A stretch of DNA of 64,000 bases from Deinococcus sp. (GCA_965261005.1 OZ253375.1:512001-576000), one strand, 5' to 3'; counted from the first letter of the stretch, positions 17,244-27,241 are shown. Numbers and translations are program-made. Notes: generated by a model from the sequence alone, not told the origin.

Positions 17244-17924
17244 TTACAAACTCAGAACTTGCCCCGGCTCCAACATGTGCGTCTCCACGCCGCGCGCCCG
17301 CGCCCCATCCGCGAACACCTGCGGATCGCCGAACAGCGGTGGGAAGGTGGCGTAGTGCATCGGAACAGCCCGCGCGGGCCTCAGCAAGTCGAGGCAGCGC
17401 GCCGCCTCCTCCGGCCCCATGGTGTAACTGTCGCCGACGGGCAGCAGCGCCAGGTCCAGGCCGCCCTCGCCGATCAGGGCCATATCCCCAAACAGGCAGG
17501 TGTCGCCCGCGTGGTAGATCCGCTTGCCCTCCGCCTCGATCAGCATGCCGGTCGGCATGCCGCCGTAGCTGCCGTCGGGAAATGAGCTGGAGTGCCAAGC
17601 CGGGGTGAGCTTCACGCGGCCCCACGGCAGTTCGACGGTGCCGCCGATGTTGGCCGGCGCGACGTTCTCGGCGCCCTGCTTCGCCGCGTGGCCGCCGATC
17701 TCGGCGGTGGCGACCAGCTTGGCGCCCCGCTTCAGGAAATCCATCGCGTTGCCCCAATGGTCGCCGTGGGCGTGCGTGACCAGCACCGTGCCGATGTTTT
17801 GGCCCAGCAGATCGCCCAGGGACACCGGGCACTTGGGGTTGCCCTCGATGAAGGGGTCAATAATCGCCTTGTGCTCGCCGAAGTTGAACAAGAACGCGGA
17901 CTGGCCGAGGTATTGAATGTGCAT
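17244..17924 (-). CDS. metal-dependent hydrolase, MBL fold (UPF0173)
   Basis: IDPF, THAHGDH, HAGDT and PMHY motifs; GGAGG RBS. Confidence 0.9.
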   Translation of the reverse strand: MHIQYLGQSAFLFNFGEHKAIIDPFIEGNPKCPVSLGDLLGQNIGTVLVTHAHGDHWGNAMDFLKRGAKLVATAEIGGHAAKQGAENVAPANIGGTVELPWGRVKLTPAWHSSSFPDGSYGGMPTGMLIEAEGKRIYHAGDTCLFGDMALIGEGGLDLALLPVGDSYTMGPEEAARCLDLLRPARAVPMHYATFPPLFGDPQVFADGARARGVETHMLEPGQVLSL

Positions 17925-18017
17925 AGCTGCCTCCATAAAAACTTGGCCCAGTCTAGCCAACGGGGCCGGACCGAGCCATTCAGGGAAAATTGTCAGAGCT
18001 TGCCATAGAGTGCGGCG

Positions 18018-18170
18018 ATGAACACGCTTCTCGCTTGGCTGCCCTGGATCATCGGCATTCTGATCGCGCTGCTGCTCTTCAAGTTCGTGGTGGGCTTGGT
18101 ATTGCGCCTGATCGGTTTGGCCGTGATCGCGCTGGTGGTCTACTTCGTGTGGCAGGCCATCAGCCGTTAG
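18018..18170 (+). CDS. 50-aa small membrane protein (absent from ORF track)
   Basis: MNTLLAWLPWIIGILIALLLFKFVVGLVLRLIGLAVIALVVYFVWQAISR; GC-ending codons; TAGAGT-N6-ATG leaderless geometry. Confidence 0.8.
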   Translation: MNTLLAWLPWIIGILIALLLFKFVVGLVLRLIGLAVIALVVYFVWQAISR

Positions 18171-20284
18171 GGCAGCTCAAGAGTTGTGCTCTGATCACCG
18201 ACCTGCACCCCATACGTTCCGGGCTGCGCGGCGACCAGACGCGAGAAGGGAAAATTTAGGCGCACGCTACGGGTCTCGCCGGGTTGCAGAATCACATGTC
18301 CAAAGGCGGCCAACCGGCGCTCCGGGCGCAAAAAGGCGAGGACGGTGTGGGCGCCCGCGACCTTGCCGGTGTTGGTCACGTCCACGCTGAGGGTCACTTG
18401 GTTGTCCTTCGGCGGCTGCGCGCGCAGGTTCCCTTCCGAGAACGTCGTGTAGCTCAGCCCGGCGCCGTAGGGATACAGCGGCGCGTCTCCCCCCTTCAGC
18501 TGGCCGACCGACGCCGGCCAGCTGAAGGGGAGCCGGCCCGAGGGATTGGTGTTGCCGTACAGCACGTCGGCGACGGCGCGCCCGCCCTCGCTGCCCGGCA
18601 GGTAGGCCATCACCAGGGCGGCCAGCTGGCCGCGCACGTCCGGCGGCAAAAGAATGGGGCGGCCCGCCAGCAGCACCGCCACCACCGGCTTGCCGCTTTT
18701 CAGCGCGCGGCGCAACAGGCCCAGGTCCGTGGGGGGCAAGCTGAGGTCCGGGTTGTCGGCCTTGCCCTCGGCGCCGCTGTTCTCGCCCACGACCGCCACG
18801 ATGGTGTCGGCGGCGGGCGGTTGGGCGAGGTCGGCGTCGAACGCCAACCTCATCCCCCCCGGCAGCGCCCGCTTGAGGCCGCTGAGCACCGTCACGGCCG
18901 GGGCGCTCTCCCCGTCCGGCACGCCCTGCCAGCCCACCGACCAGCCGCCCAGCTGCGTTCGCGCGTCGTTCGCACGTTCCCCGACGACCAGCACGCGCCC
19001 CGTCCCTCCAAGCGGCAGAGCGCTCCCCTCGTTCTTCAGCAGGGTGATGGACGCCCGCGCCGCCCGCGCGGCCAGGTCCTTGCCGGCCGTGACGGCCGCG
19101 TCGGCGTTTCCAGCGGCGTAAGGGTGCTCAAACAGGCCCAGGCGAAACTTGAGGGCCAGCACGCGCCCGGCGGCCTCATCCACGCGGCTTTCCGGCAGTT
19201 GGCCCGCCCTGACGAGGTTCAGCACCGCTCCCGTGAAGCCCGGCGCGTCGTGCGGCACCATGCTCACGTCCACGCCCGCCGTCAGAGCTTGGCGCACCGC
19301 GTCCTGATAGGTGGGCGCGACGTGGTAGACGCTCTGAAGTCGCCCCATGTCCTCCCAGTCGGACAGCGCCACACCCGTGAAGTTCAGCTGGCCGCGCAGC
19401 ACGTCCGTCAGCAGGTCGTGCGAGGCGTGAACCGGCACGCCGTTCACGGGGCCGCTGTTCACCATCACGCTCAGGGCGCCCGCCGCCAGACCCGCCCGAA
19501 AGGGCGGCAGCTGAACGTCCCGCAAGGACGCCGCGGCGATGGTGGCGTCGCTGCGGTCGCGCCCGCCGTCGGGCGCCCCATAGCCGACGAAGTGCTTGAG
19601 GGTCGCCGCGACGGAGGCTGGCCCCAGGTCCCCCTGAAGGCCCTCCACGCTGGCTGCCACCATCGCCGACACCAGGCCCGGGTCCTCGCCGAAGGTCTCG
19701 TAAAAGCGGCCCCAGCGCGGGTCACGACCCACGTCCGCCACCGGGGCGAAGTCCCAGGTCACGCCCGTCGCGCGCAGCGCCCTCACCGTCACGGCGCCGA
19801 TCTGCCGCGCCAAGTCGGGGTCGAAGCTGGCCGCCAGGCCCAGATTGTGCGGAAACAGGGTCGCGCCCAGGACGTTGTTGTGCCCGTGGACGGCGTCGGT
19901 GCCGTAGAGAATCGGGATGTGCAGCCGCGAGCGCTCCAGGGCGTAGCGCTGCAAGTCGTCCGTCATCTGCGCCCAGGCCCCCGGGGTGTTGGGCTTGGGC
20001 GCCGCCCCGCCACCGCTGAGCAGCGAGCCGACGTGATCCTCGTCCAGCACGGTCTTCAGCCACTCGGGATTCAGCGGCCCCCGGTCCCACTCCCCCGTGC
20101 CCATCAAGCGCGTCACGTCGATCTGGGCCAGCTGGCCGACCTTTTCGGGCAGGGTCATGCGGCCCAGCAGGTCCTGCACGCGCGCCTCCACCGGCAGGCG
20201 GGCGTCCTGATAAGGCAAGGGCGCAGGGGTTTGGGCGAGGGCGCCGGTCAGCGCCAAACCGAGCAGCAGGAAGTGAGCGCGCAC
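18167..20284 (-). CDS. secreted glycoside hydrolase family 3 (beta-glucosidase-like)
   Basis: Signal peptide; MTLPEKVGQL, DAVHG, DPRWGR, KHF, SDW and PSGRLP motifs. Confidence 0.92.
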   Translation of the reverse strand: MRAHFLLLGLALTGALAQTPAPLPYQDARLPVEARVQDLLGRMTLPEKVGQLAQIDVTRLMGTGEWDRGPLNPEWLKTVLDEDHVGSLLSGGGAAPKPNTPGAWAQMTDDLQRYALERSRLHIPILYGTDAVHGHNNVLGATLFPHNLGLAASFDPDLARQIGAVTVRALRATGVTWDFAPVADVGRDPRWGRFYETFGEDPGLVSAMVAASVEGLQGDLGPASVAATLKHFVGYGAPDGGRDRSDATIAAASLRDVQLPPFRAGLAAGALSVMVNSGPVNGVPVHASHDLLTDVLRGQLNFTGVALSDWEDMGRLQSVYHVAPTYQDAVRQALTAGVDVSMVPHDAPGFTGAVLNLVRAGQLPESRVDEAAGRVLALKFRLGLFEHPYAAGNADAAVTAGKDLAARAARASITLLKNEGSALPLGGTGRVLVVGERANDARTQLGGWSVGWQGVPDGESAPAVTVLSGLKRALPGGMRLAFDADLAQPPAADTIVAVVGENSGAEGKADNPDLSLPPTDLGLLRRALKSGKPVVAVLLAGRPILLPPDVRGQLAALVMAYLPGSEGGRAVADVLYGNTNPSGRLPFSWPASVGQLKGGDAPLYPYGAGLSYTTFSEGNLRAQPPKDNQVTLSVDVTNTGKVAGAHTVLAFLRPERRLAAFGHVILQPGETRSVRLNFPFSRLVAAQPGTYGVQVGDQSTTLELP

Positions 20285-20286
20285 GG

Positions 20287-21615
20287 TCAGCGTCCGCCCG
20301 GCACGTCCGCGACTTGGCGCGACAGCAGGTTCTGATACCAGCGGGCGCTGTCCTTCCATACTCGGCGCTGGTCAGCGTAGTCCACGTAGAACAGCCCGAA
20401 GCGCTTGGTGTACCCGAAGGCCCACTCGAAGTTGTCCATCAGGCTCCAAGCGAAGTAGCCGTTCACGCGGGCGCCCGATTTGATGGCGTCTCGGACGGCG
20501 CTCAAGTGCGACTCCAGGTAGGCCACGCGCTCGGCGTCGTGGACGAAGTCGCCGTCGAGCCGGTCCGGGTAGGCGGCGCCGTTCTCAGTGACGAGCATCG
20601 GCGGGGGCGCGTAGTCGTTCTCCAGGCGCAGCAGCAGGTCGGTCAGGCCGCTGGGGTACACCTCCCAGCCCATGTCGGTGTAGCTGGCCCCTGGCGGCTT
20701 CCGGCCGTCCGCAGACACAAAGGCGCGGCTGTAGTAGTTCACGCCCAGAAAGTCGAGCGGCTGCTGAATGCACGCGAGGTCGCCGTCTTGCACCCCCGGC
20801 ACGTCCTCCCCATACGCTTCCCACACGTCCGCCGGGTACTCGCCGCGCAGCACGGGACCCAGGAACCAGCGGTTGAAGGTGCCGTCGAAGTGGCGCGCCG
20901 CCGCCAGGTCGCCCGGGTCGTCCGTGGCGGGATAGGCGGGTGTGAGGTTGAGAACGATGCCGACCTCGGCGTTCACGGCGCCGCGCAGCGCCTTCACGGC
21001 CTCACCGTGGCCCAGCAGCAGGTGATGGGCCGCCGCGAGGGCGAGCTTACGGTCGCGCAGACCGGGCGCGTGTTCGCCGATCTGGTAGCTCAGAATGGAA
21101 CTGCACCACGGCTCGTTGAGGGTGGCATAGCTCTTCACCCGGTCGCCGAGGCGCCGCGCCACCACTCCCGCATACTCGGCGAAGCGGTGGGCGGTCTCGC
21201 GGTTCACCCAGCCGCCCGCGTCTTGCAAGGGTTGCGGCAAGTCCCAATGGTAGAGGGTCAGGTACGGCTCGACGCCGCGCGCCAGCAGGCCGTCCACCAG
21301 CCGCTCGTAAAAGTCGAGGCCCGCCGCGTTGACGGCGCCCCGCCCGTCCGGCTGCACGCGCGGCCACGCGACCGAGAAGCGGTAGGCAGAGACACCCAAC
21401 TCGCGGATCAGGTCGAGGTCGCCTTGCCACAGGTGGTAGTGGTCGCAGGCCACGTCGCCGCCGCTGCCGTCCTGAATGCGGCCGGGTTCCTGACAAAAGG
21501 TGTCCCAGATGGACGGGCCGCGCCCGTCGGCATGAACGGCCCCCTCGATCTGGTAGGCGGAAGTGGCGACGCCGAAGACAAAGTGTTCGGGAAAGTCGGA
21601 GCGTTGAATGGTCAT
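20287..21615 (-). CDS. beta-glucosidase, glycoside hydrolase family 1
   Basis: ATSAYQIEGA, YRFSVAWPR, TLNEP, VTENG and DNFEW motifs. Confidence 0.96.
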   Translation of the reverse strand: MTIQRSDFPEHFVFGVATSAYQIEGAVHADGRGPSIWDTFCQEPGRIQDGSGGDVACDHYHLWQGDLDLIRELGVSAYRFSVAWPRVQPDGRGAVNAAGLDFYERLVDGLLARGVEPYLTLYHWDLPQPLQDAGGWVNRETAHRFAEYAGVVARRLGDRVKSYATLNEPWCSSILSYQIGEHAPGLRDRKLALAAAHHLLLGHGEAVKALRGAVNAEVGIVLNLTPAYPATDDPGDLAAARHFDGTFNRWFLGPVLRGEYPADVWEAYGEDVPGVQDGDLACIQQPLDFLGVNYYSRAFVSADGRKPPGASYTDMGWEVYPSGLTDLLLRLENDYAPPPMLVTENGAAYPDRLDGDFVHDAERVAYLESHLSAVRDAIKSGARVNGYFAWSLMDNFEWAFGYTKRFGLFYVDYADQRRVWKDSARWYQNLLSRQVADVPGGR

Positions 21616-21628
21616 GAAGTCCTCAAGA

Positions 21629-22894
21629 TCAAGGGGAGCGTTGGTAGGTCAGCCGGGTCAAGGAGCGGGGCGGCAGGTTGAGCGTGCCCCCGACGGGAAG
21701 GGTGATGAAGTCCGCCTCGTCCTCTGCGGTCCGGGCGGTGAAGGTGCGCGCTTCCCGCAAGCGGTAGCCGGGCAGATTGGGCACGAGCGGGTGAACGCCC
21801 GTCGCCGTGTTGGTGACCAGAACGGTCAGCGTGTCGCCCTTGAGGGCCGCGTGCGTCCACAGCGCGGCGTCGCCCGACCGCAGCGGCAGCCAGTTTCCCC
21901 CAAAGTCCCGCGTCTGCTCGAAGGCGTACAAGCTGGGGCGCGCAAAGCCCGACAAGTCCACCAAGCCGTGCCCGCCGGTCGCCTGAAGCGCGAAGTAGTC
22001 GCTCACCGCCACGCCGCCCTCCGCTAGGCGCAGGGTCGCCTCGGCGGCCCACAAGGCGCCCATCTGGTCGGCCAGGTGGCGCGGGCGGTCCGAGCGGTAA
22101 GACAAGCTGTACTCGGTGACGCCCAGGGCGATGTCCCGCTGGTAGCCCAGCGGGTTGGCCTGGGGGTCCTTTAACAGCGCCCCAAAGCGCTTCACGTCGT
22201 CCGACACGAACTGCACGCTCGCCAGGGCCGCCTCGTCGGTCGCCGTGCCGCCCGTCGGGTACTCGTGCCAGGTGAGCAAATCCACGACGTCGCCGCAGTT
22301 CTTCACAAAGCTCGCCAGAAACGCATTGCGCCGGGGTGTGCCGCCCGACACGGCCGGGCCGGCGAACTTGGCCGCCGGGTCTACCTTGAGAATGGCCGCA
22401 CGCTGGGCACGGAACACCTGGCAGTAGCGCTCCGGCGTCCAGCTCGCGTCGCCGCGCGTGACGGCGTAGAGGTCGGGTTCGTTGCCGATTTCCCAATACA
22501 GCACGTTCAGACCCCGCTTCGCCGCCGAGCGGGCCGCGTCCGCCGCGTCCTGTGGGGCGTTGCGCGCCCCCGGCTTGCCGCCGAAGACCCGCGTCTGCAC
22601 GATCAGGGCGGGCGCGCCCTTTACGGTCAGCAGCTTCAAGTTGGCCGCCAGCGGCACAAACGCCTCTGGGATCAGGTCGTTCTCGTCGCCGACGTTGCCG
22701 CCGGGAAAGCGCAGCGAGGTCGGCGCCACCGAGCGCAGCGCGCCCTTTGCCTCCACCACCGCCATCCAGTTGCCGTAGTTGAAACCGTTCACGGAAAGGG
22801 GCGCGATGGGGACGCCCGGCCCGCTTCCCAGCGTGAGCGTGGCTGGGACGGCGCCCGCAGTCCCAAGCAGGAAGGCAATTAAAAAAGCTCTCAT
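21629..22894 (-). CDS. secreted clan GH-A glycoside hydrolase (GH44/51/79-like, family uncertain)
   Basis: Signal peptide from ATG 22894 overlapping the permease stop; LRFPGG, WEIGNEPD, WHEY and VTEY motifs. Confidence 0.8.
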   Translation of the reverse strand: MRAFLIAFLLGTAGAVPATLTLGSGPGVPIAPLSVNGFNYGNWMAVVEAKGALRSVAPTSLRFPGGNVGDENDLIPEAFVPLAANLKLLTVKGAPALIVQTRVFGGKPGARNAPQDAADAARSAAKRGLNVLYWEIGNEPDLYAVTRGDASWTPERYCQVFRAQRAAILKVDPAAKFAGPAVSGGTPRRNAFLASFVKNCGDVVDLLTWHEYPTGGTATDEAALASVQFVSDDVKRFGALLKDPQANPLGYQRDIALGVTEYSLSYRSDRPRHLADQMGALWAAEATLRLAEGGVAVSDYFALQATGGHGLVDLSGFARPSLYAFEQTRDFGGNWLPLRSGDAALWTHAALKGDTLTVLVTNTATGVHPLVPNLPGYRLREARTFTARTAEDEADFITLPVGGTLNLPPRSLTRLTYQRSP

Positions 22895-23760
22895 CCCTTC
22901 AGCGATCCCGCCGTGAGGCCCTCGATCAGCTGCCGGGACGCCAGGGCGAATACGATCAGCAGCGGCACCACCGTCAGCGCCACCCCGACCATCAGCGCGC
23001 CCCAATCGGTGTTGGCAATCCCTTGTAAGCTGCGCAGCGCCAGCGGCGCGGTGTAGGTCTCCTGGCTGCGGAAGATGATCAGCGGCGCCACGAAGCCGTT
23101 CCACGAGTTGATAAAGGTGACGAGTCCCAAGGTCGCCAGCGCCGGGCCGCACAGCGGCAAGATGATGCGGCGGTAGATGCCGAACTCGGTGGCGCCGTCG
23201 ATGCGCGCCGCCTCCACCAGCTCGCGCGGAATGGCGCTGCCGATGTACTGGCGCATCAGAAAGATGCCAAAGGCCCCCGCCATGCCCGGCACCCACAGGG
23301 CGCGCGGCGTGTCAATCCAACCGAGGGCTTGCATGATCAGGGCGTAGGGCACGATATTCAGGGAGCTGGGAATCAGCAGGGTTGCCAACAACAGCCCGAA
23401 CAGCACCTCGCGGCCCTTAAAGCTGTACATGGCGAAGCCAAAGCCCGCCAGCGAGCAGAAGAAGAGGGTCGTGACGGTGGAGAGCACGGCCAGGTAGAAG
23501 CTGTTCCACAGGCTGCGCCAAAACGGGACGCGCGACAACAGGCTGTCGTAGTTGCCGGCCAAGTTGTCGCCGAACCACAGCGGCGGCGGCAGGTGGAAGA
23601 TCTCGCTGCGGGTGTGGGTTGAGAAGACGAACATGAAGTAAAAGGGCGCGATGGTCAGCAGCGCACCCACGATCAAGAGCAGGACGGCCAGGCCGCGCGA
23701 CAAGGGACGGGCGCCTCCTGTGGGCCGCGCCGCGCGCGCGCCGGGCGCGGTGACGGCCAC
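22891..23760 (-). CDS. carbohydrate ABC transporter permease (MalG-type)
   Basis: EAARIDGA motif, multiple TM segments. Confidence 0.93.
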   Translation of the reverse strand: MAVTAPGARAARPTGGARPLSRGLAVLLLIVGALLTIAPFYFMFVFSTHTRSEIFHLPPPLWFGDNLAGNYDSLLSRVPFWRSLWNSFYLAVLSTVTTLFFCSLAGFGFAMYSFKGREVLFGLLLATLLIPSSLNIVPYALIMQALGWIDTPRALWVPGMAGAFGIFLMRQYIGSAIPRELVEAARIDGATEFGIYRRIILPLCGPALATLGLVTFINSWNGFVAPLIIFRSQETYTAPLALRSLQGIANTDWGALMVGVALTVVPLLIVFALASRQLIEGLTAGSLKG

Positions 23761-23761
23761 C

Positions 23762-24739
23762 TCAGTCCCTGCCCGCGAGGCCGCTGCGGCCGAAGATGCG
23801 GTTGTTCACGAGGGTCAGCACTCCGATCAGGATGAAGAGCAGCCAGGTCATCGCCGAGGCGAGACCGGCGTCCGAGTACACGAAGTAGGTGCGGTAGGTA
23901 TACATCAAGGTGGTCAGGCCCATCTGGCCGATGCCGCCCGAGCCGTTGGTCAGGATGTACGGCTCCTCAAAGAGTTGCAGGTTGCCGATCAGGGTGAGGG
24001 TCACCGCCACGAACATGATCGGGCGCAGCAGCGGCAAGGTGATAAAGCGGAACTTCTGCCAGGTGGTGGCGCCGTCCACGCTGGCCGCTTCGTAGAGGTC
24101 CCCCGGAATGGCCTGCAAGCCCGACAGGTACAGCACGGTGTTCCAGCCGGTGAAGCGCCACACCACCACGGCGGCGATGGCCGGCTGCAAAAAGTCGCGG
24201 TTGCCCAGCCAGTTGATCTTTTCGGCGGGAAACAGGCCGCCGATCACGGGCAGACCGTGCAGCCAACCTAAAAAGGCGTTGATGGCGCCGTACTGCCAGC
24301 TGAACAGCGTGAAAAAGATCACCGTGATCGCCACCACCGAGGTGATGTAGGGCAGAAAGTACACCGCCGTCGCGAGGCCCCGAATTCGCTTGAGGCCGGT
24401 GTTGATGGCGAAGGCGAGCGGAATGGCGATCAGGTGTTGCGGCACGCCGCCCTCCAAGGCCAGCACCAAGGTGTTCTTCAGCGACAGCCAAAAGGTCGGG
24501 TCGGTCAGGTTGTCGGCGTAGTTGCGCCAGCCCACGAACTTCATGGTCCCCAGGCCCGCCGAGGGTTGCCAATCCTGAAACGAGAGGTACAGGGAAAACA
24601 CCAGCGGAAACAAACCGAAGATCAGGAACAGGATGAAAAACGGGCTGATGAACAGGTACGGCGCAAAACGGCGCTGGAAGTTGTTCCAGCGCGCGGCGGG
24701 GCTGCTTGTTTCGGGCTTGGCGGTGGCGCGAGCTTGCAC
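23762..24739 (-). CDS. carbohydrate ABC transporter permease (MalF-type)
   Basis: LYEAASVDGA and ITLPLL motifs. Confidence 0.93.
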   Translation of the reverse strand: MQARATAKPETSSPAARWNNFQRRFAPYLFISPFFILFLIFGLFPLVFSLYLSFQDWQPSAGLGTMKFVGWRNYADNLTDPTFWLSLKNTLVLALEGGVPQHLIAIPLAFAINTGLKRIRGLATAVYFLPYITSVVAITVIFFTLFSWQYGAINAFLGWLHGLPVIGGLFPAEKINWLGNRDFLQPAIAAVVVWRFTGWNTVLYLSGLQAIPGDLYEAASVDGATTWQKFRFITLPLLRPIMFVAVTLTLIGNLQLFEEPYILTNGSGGIGQMGLTTLMYTYRTYFVYSDAGLASAMTWLLFILIGVLTLVNNRIFGRSGLAGRD

Positions 24740-24777
24740 AGGACCTCCAATACCTACAAAAACCAGGACCTACCAAC

Positions 24778-24806
24778 AAAAAAAGGGGCCGCAGCTGCGG
24801 CCCCCC
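24778..24806 (-). terminator. intra-operon hairpin/terminator after the substrate-binding gene
   Basis: GGGGCCGCA/TGCGGCCCC stem followed by T7 on the minus strand. Confidence 0.7.
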
Positions 24807-24813
24807 CATATAT

Positions 24814-26064
24814 TTAGCGCCGGGCGCGGCGCTCCAGCAAACGCTGGGCGCTGGTCAGGGCGGTCTTCACGTCGGCGCTGCCGTCGAGCACCGTGCCCAG
24901 GGCGTCGCCGACGATCTGGTCGGCGATGGGGTCGAGCTGGTTCACGGCGATGGGCTGAATCTTGAGGGCCGCTTGGCGCCACAGCACGCGCGCCTTTTGG
25001 CCCGCGAGGTACGGCACGCCCTCGTTGAAGATGGGGGCGTTCTGACCGGCCAGCAGCGCGGGAAAGGCGCCGGTCGTCTTGAACGCCAGCACCTGCTGGG
25101 CCGGGTCGGTGGTCAGGTACTTGATCAGCTCCCACGCCTCGGTTTTGTGCTTGCTTTGGGTGGGGACGCCGTAAAAGGAGCCGCCGTAGGAGGTGAAGCT
25201 GTTGCCGGGCAGCTGCTCGGCGTTCCACTTGCCGCTGTAATCCTTGGCCAGCCAGTTCTGCATGTGCCCGACCAGCCAAGCGCCGCTGACCTCGGTCGCC
25301 AGGTTGCCCTTTTGAAAGGCGGTGGTCCACTCCGGCGAAAAGGCGCCGCCGGCCTTGGCGTCCAGGCCCGCGTCGCGAATCTGCTTGGCGACCGTAAAGG
25401 CCTTGACAAAGCGCGCGTTGTCCGGCCCGACCAGCACCTTACCGTCCTTGTCGAAGTAGAGGCCCTCGCCCTTGCCGAGACCCGTGCGAATGATAATGCC
25501 GGACACCTCGGCGGCGTCGGGAATGAGGAAGGTGCCGGGGTTGGCGGCCACGATCTTCTTGCCGGCGGCGATGTACGCGTCCCAGCTCTTGTTGAGGTCG
25601 CCGGGGGCGACGTTCGCCTTTTTCAACAGGTCGGTGCGGTAGAACAGCGAGCCGGGGCCGATGTCGGTGGGCACGGCCACGATGCGCCCGTCCTGGGTGG
25701 TGGACTGCGGAAAGGTGTAGGCCACGAACTTGGACGCCAGTTGGCCGGCGTTATAAGGCGCCTTGGAGAGGTCAACGAGGCCGCCTCCGTCGGCGAACTT
25801 GGCGACGTAGCCGAAGTCGATGGCCTCCACGTCGTTGGCGCCCGAGCCGGTCGCCAACGACGTGGTCAGGGCGTTGTGGTGGTCGGCGTAGGCCAGCGAG
25901 ACGATCTTGACGTCGATGTTGGGATGGGTCTTGTAAAAGCCCGGCAGCGCCGCCTTCACCACGCTGTCGAGGTCGGGAAACACGCCGACCGTGAGGGTGG
26001 TTTTCTGGGCGAGGGCGCTGCCGGCGAGGGCCAGGGCGACAAACAACAGGGTGCGTTTGGTCAT
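24814..26064 (-). CDS. sugar ABC transporter substrate-binding protein
   Basis: Signal peptide, SBP family 1 motifs (LVDLS, FYRTDLLKKA, GGSF); AGGAG RBS. Confidence 0.92.
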   Translation of the reverse strand: MTKRTLLFVALALAGSALAQKTTLTVGVFPDLDSVVKAALPGFYKTHPNIDVKIVSLAYADHHNALTTSLATGSGANDVEAIDFGYVAKFADGGGLVDLSKAPYNAGQLASKFVAYTFPQSTTQDGRIVAVPTDIGPGSLFYRTDLLKKANVAPGDLNKSWDAYIAAGKKIVAANPGTFLIPDAAEVSGIIIRTGLGKGEGLYFDKDGKVLVGPDNARFVKAFTVAKQIRDAGLDAKAGGAFSPEWTTAFQKGNLATEVSGAWLVGHMQNWLAKDYSGKWNAEQLPGNSFTSYGGSFYGVPTQSKHKTEAWELIKYLTTDPAQQVLAFKTTGAFPALLAGQNAPIFNEGVPYLAGQKARVLWRQAALKIQPIAVNQLDPIADQIVGDALGTVLDGSADVKTALTSAQRLLERRARR

Positions 26065-26096
26065 GATCTTCTCCTGAGGGTGAGAGGGCTGAAAGT

Positions 26097-26110
26097 TGCA
26101 AGCGCTTTCA
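26097..26110. promoter_or_regulatory. LacI-family operator
   Basis: TGCAAGCGCTTTCA CG-centred palindrome; near-identical copy at 27227-27240. Confidence 0.75.
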
Positions 26111-26168
26111 GAACCGCCTTGAGCGGTGGAGAGCGGGGCGGACGCTTGATGAAGTCGAACACGTCGGA

Positions 26169-27197
26169 TCACCTTCCCAAAACGGCCGGCGAGGGGCGCA
26201 CCATCGCCGTGGACTCGCGAATGACGAGCTGAGGTTCGAGGGGGGCGGGCAGGTCGGCCAGCCCACCGCCCAGGACCCGCAGCGTGCTCCCGGCCAACGC
26301 CATGCCCAAGTCGAAGGTCGGTTGGCGCACCGTGGTCAGGGGCGGCGTGGTGTAGCTGGAGCCGGGCAGGTCGTCGAAGCCGGCCAGAGAGATGTCCTCG
26401 GGAACGCGCACGCCCTTGCGGTGCAGCGCCAGGCGCGCCCCGTAGGCCATCTGGTCGTTGGCCGCGAAGATGGCGCTGAACACCTCACGTCCCTCTAGTA
26501 AGCGCGTGGCCGCCAAAAAGCCCGACGGCTCCACGAAGTCTCCCGGCAAGATTAGCTCCGGCACCACCGGCAGCCCGGCCTGCTCCAGGGCCGCCCGATA
26601 GCCCGCCAAACGGTCGCGGGCGTCGCGGTGGCTGGACGGTCCGGCGATAAAGGCGACGCGGCGGTGGCCGAACTCGATCAGATGCGCGGTCAGGCGGAAG
26701 GCGCCCCCGAAATTGTCGAGCCGCAGGCAACAGCCCGCCAGCTCGGGCACCTCGCGGCCGAAGGCGATCAGCGGCAATTGGCGGGCGACCTGGGCGAGCC
26801 GGTCGTCGGAGATAAAGCCGCCCAGCACGATCAGGGCGTCCACCTGACGGCCCAGCAACACGTCGAGGGCCGCCATCTCCTCCTCGGCTTGCCAATGGCC
26901 GTCGGCGAAGATCGGCAGGTAGCCGCTGCCGGACAGCCCCTGCTCGATGCCGCGCAGCATGTCGCCGTAAAACGGGCTGGAGATGTCCTGCGTCAGCACG
27001 CCCACGCTCATGGTCCGGCCGCGCGCGAGACCGCGCGCCAGCACGTTGGGCTGGTAGCCCAGTTGGCTGGCGGCCCGCTCGACCGCCGCCCGCTTGGCGG
27101 GCTTCACGCCGGCGCCGCCGCTCAGCGTTCGCGACACGGTGCTGACCGAGACGCCAGAGGCGAGCGCAACCTGTTCCAAGGTGACGGATGACTTCAT
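26169..27197 (-). CDS. LacI-family transcriptional regulator
   Basis: TLEQVALASGVSVSTVSR HTH; YQPN, GFDD and PPLTTVRQP motifs. Confidence 0.96.
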   Translation of the reverse strand: MKSSVTLEQVALASGVSVSTVSRTLSGGAGVKPAKRAAVERAASQLGYQPNVLARGLARGRTMSVGVLTQDISSPFYGDMLRGIEQGLSGSGYLPIFADGHWQAEEEMAALDVLLGRQVDALIVLGGFISDDRLAQVARQLPLIAFGREVPELAGCCLRLDNFGGAFRLTAHLIEFGHRRVAFIAGPSSHRDARDRLAGYRAALEQAGLPVVPELILPGDFVEPSGFLAATRLLEGREVFSAIFAANDQMAYGARLALHRKGVRVPEDISLAGFDDLPGSSYTTPPLTTVRQPTFDLGMALAGSTLRVLGGGLADLPAPLEPQLVIRESTAMVRPSPAVLGR

Positions 27198-27212
27198 AAG
27201 TGGATTGACAGA

Positions 27213-27241
27213 AGCTTAATCTCTTTTGCAAGCGCTGTCAA
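27213..27241 (-). promoter_or_regulatory. promoter of the LacI gene overlapped by a LacI operator
   Basis: TTGACA, 17-bp spacer, TAAGCT; TGCAAGCGCTGTCA (27227-27240) covers the -35. Confidence 0.8.

Noticed and set aside
21629..23296. 555-aa version of the GH-A hydrolase
   Set aside because: The upstream part overlaps the permease in another frame; the signal peptide starts at 22894
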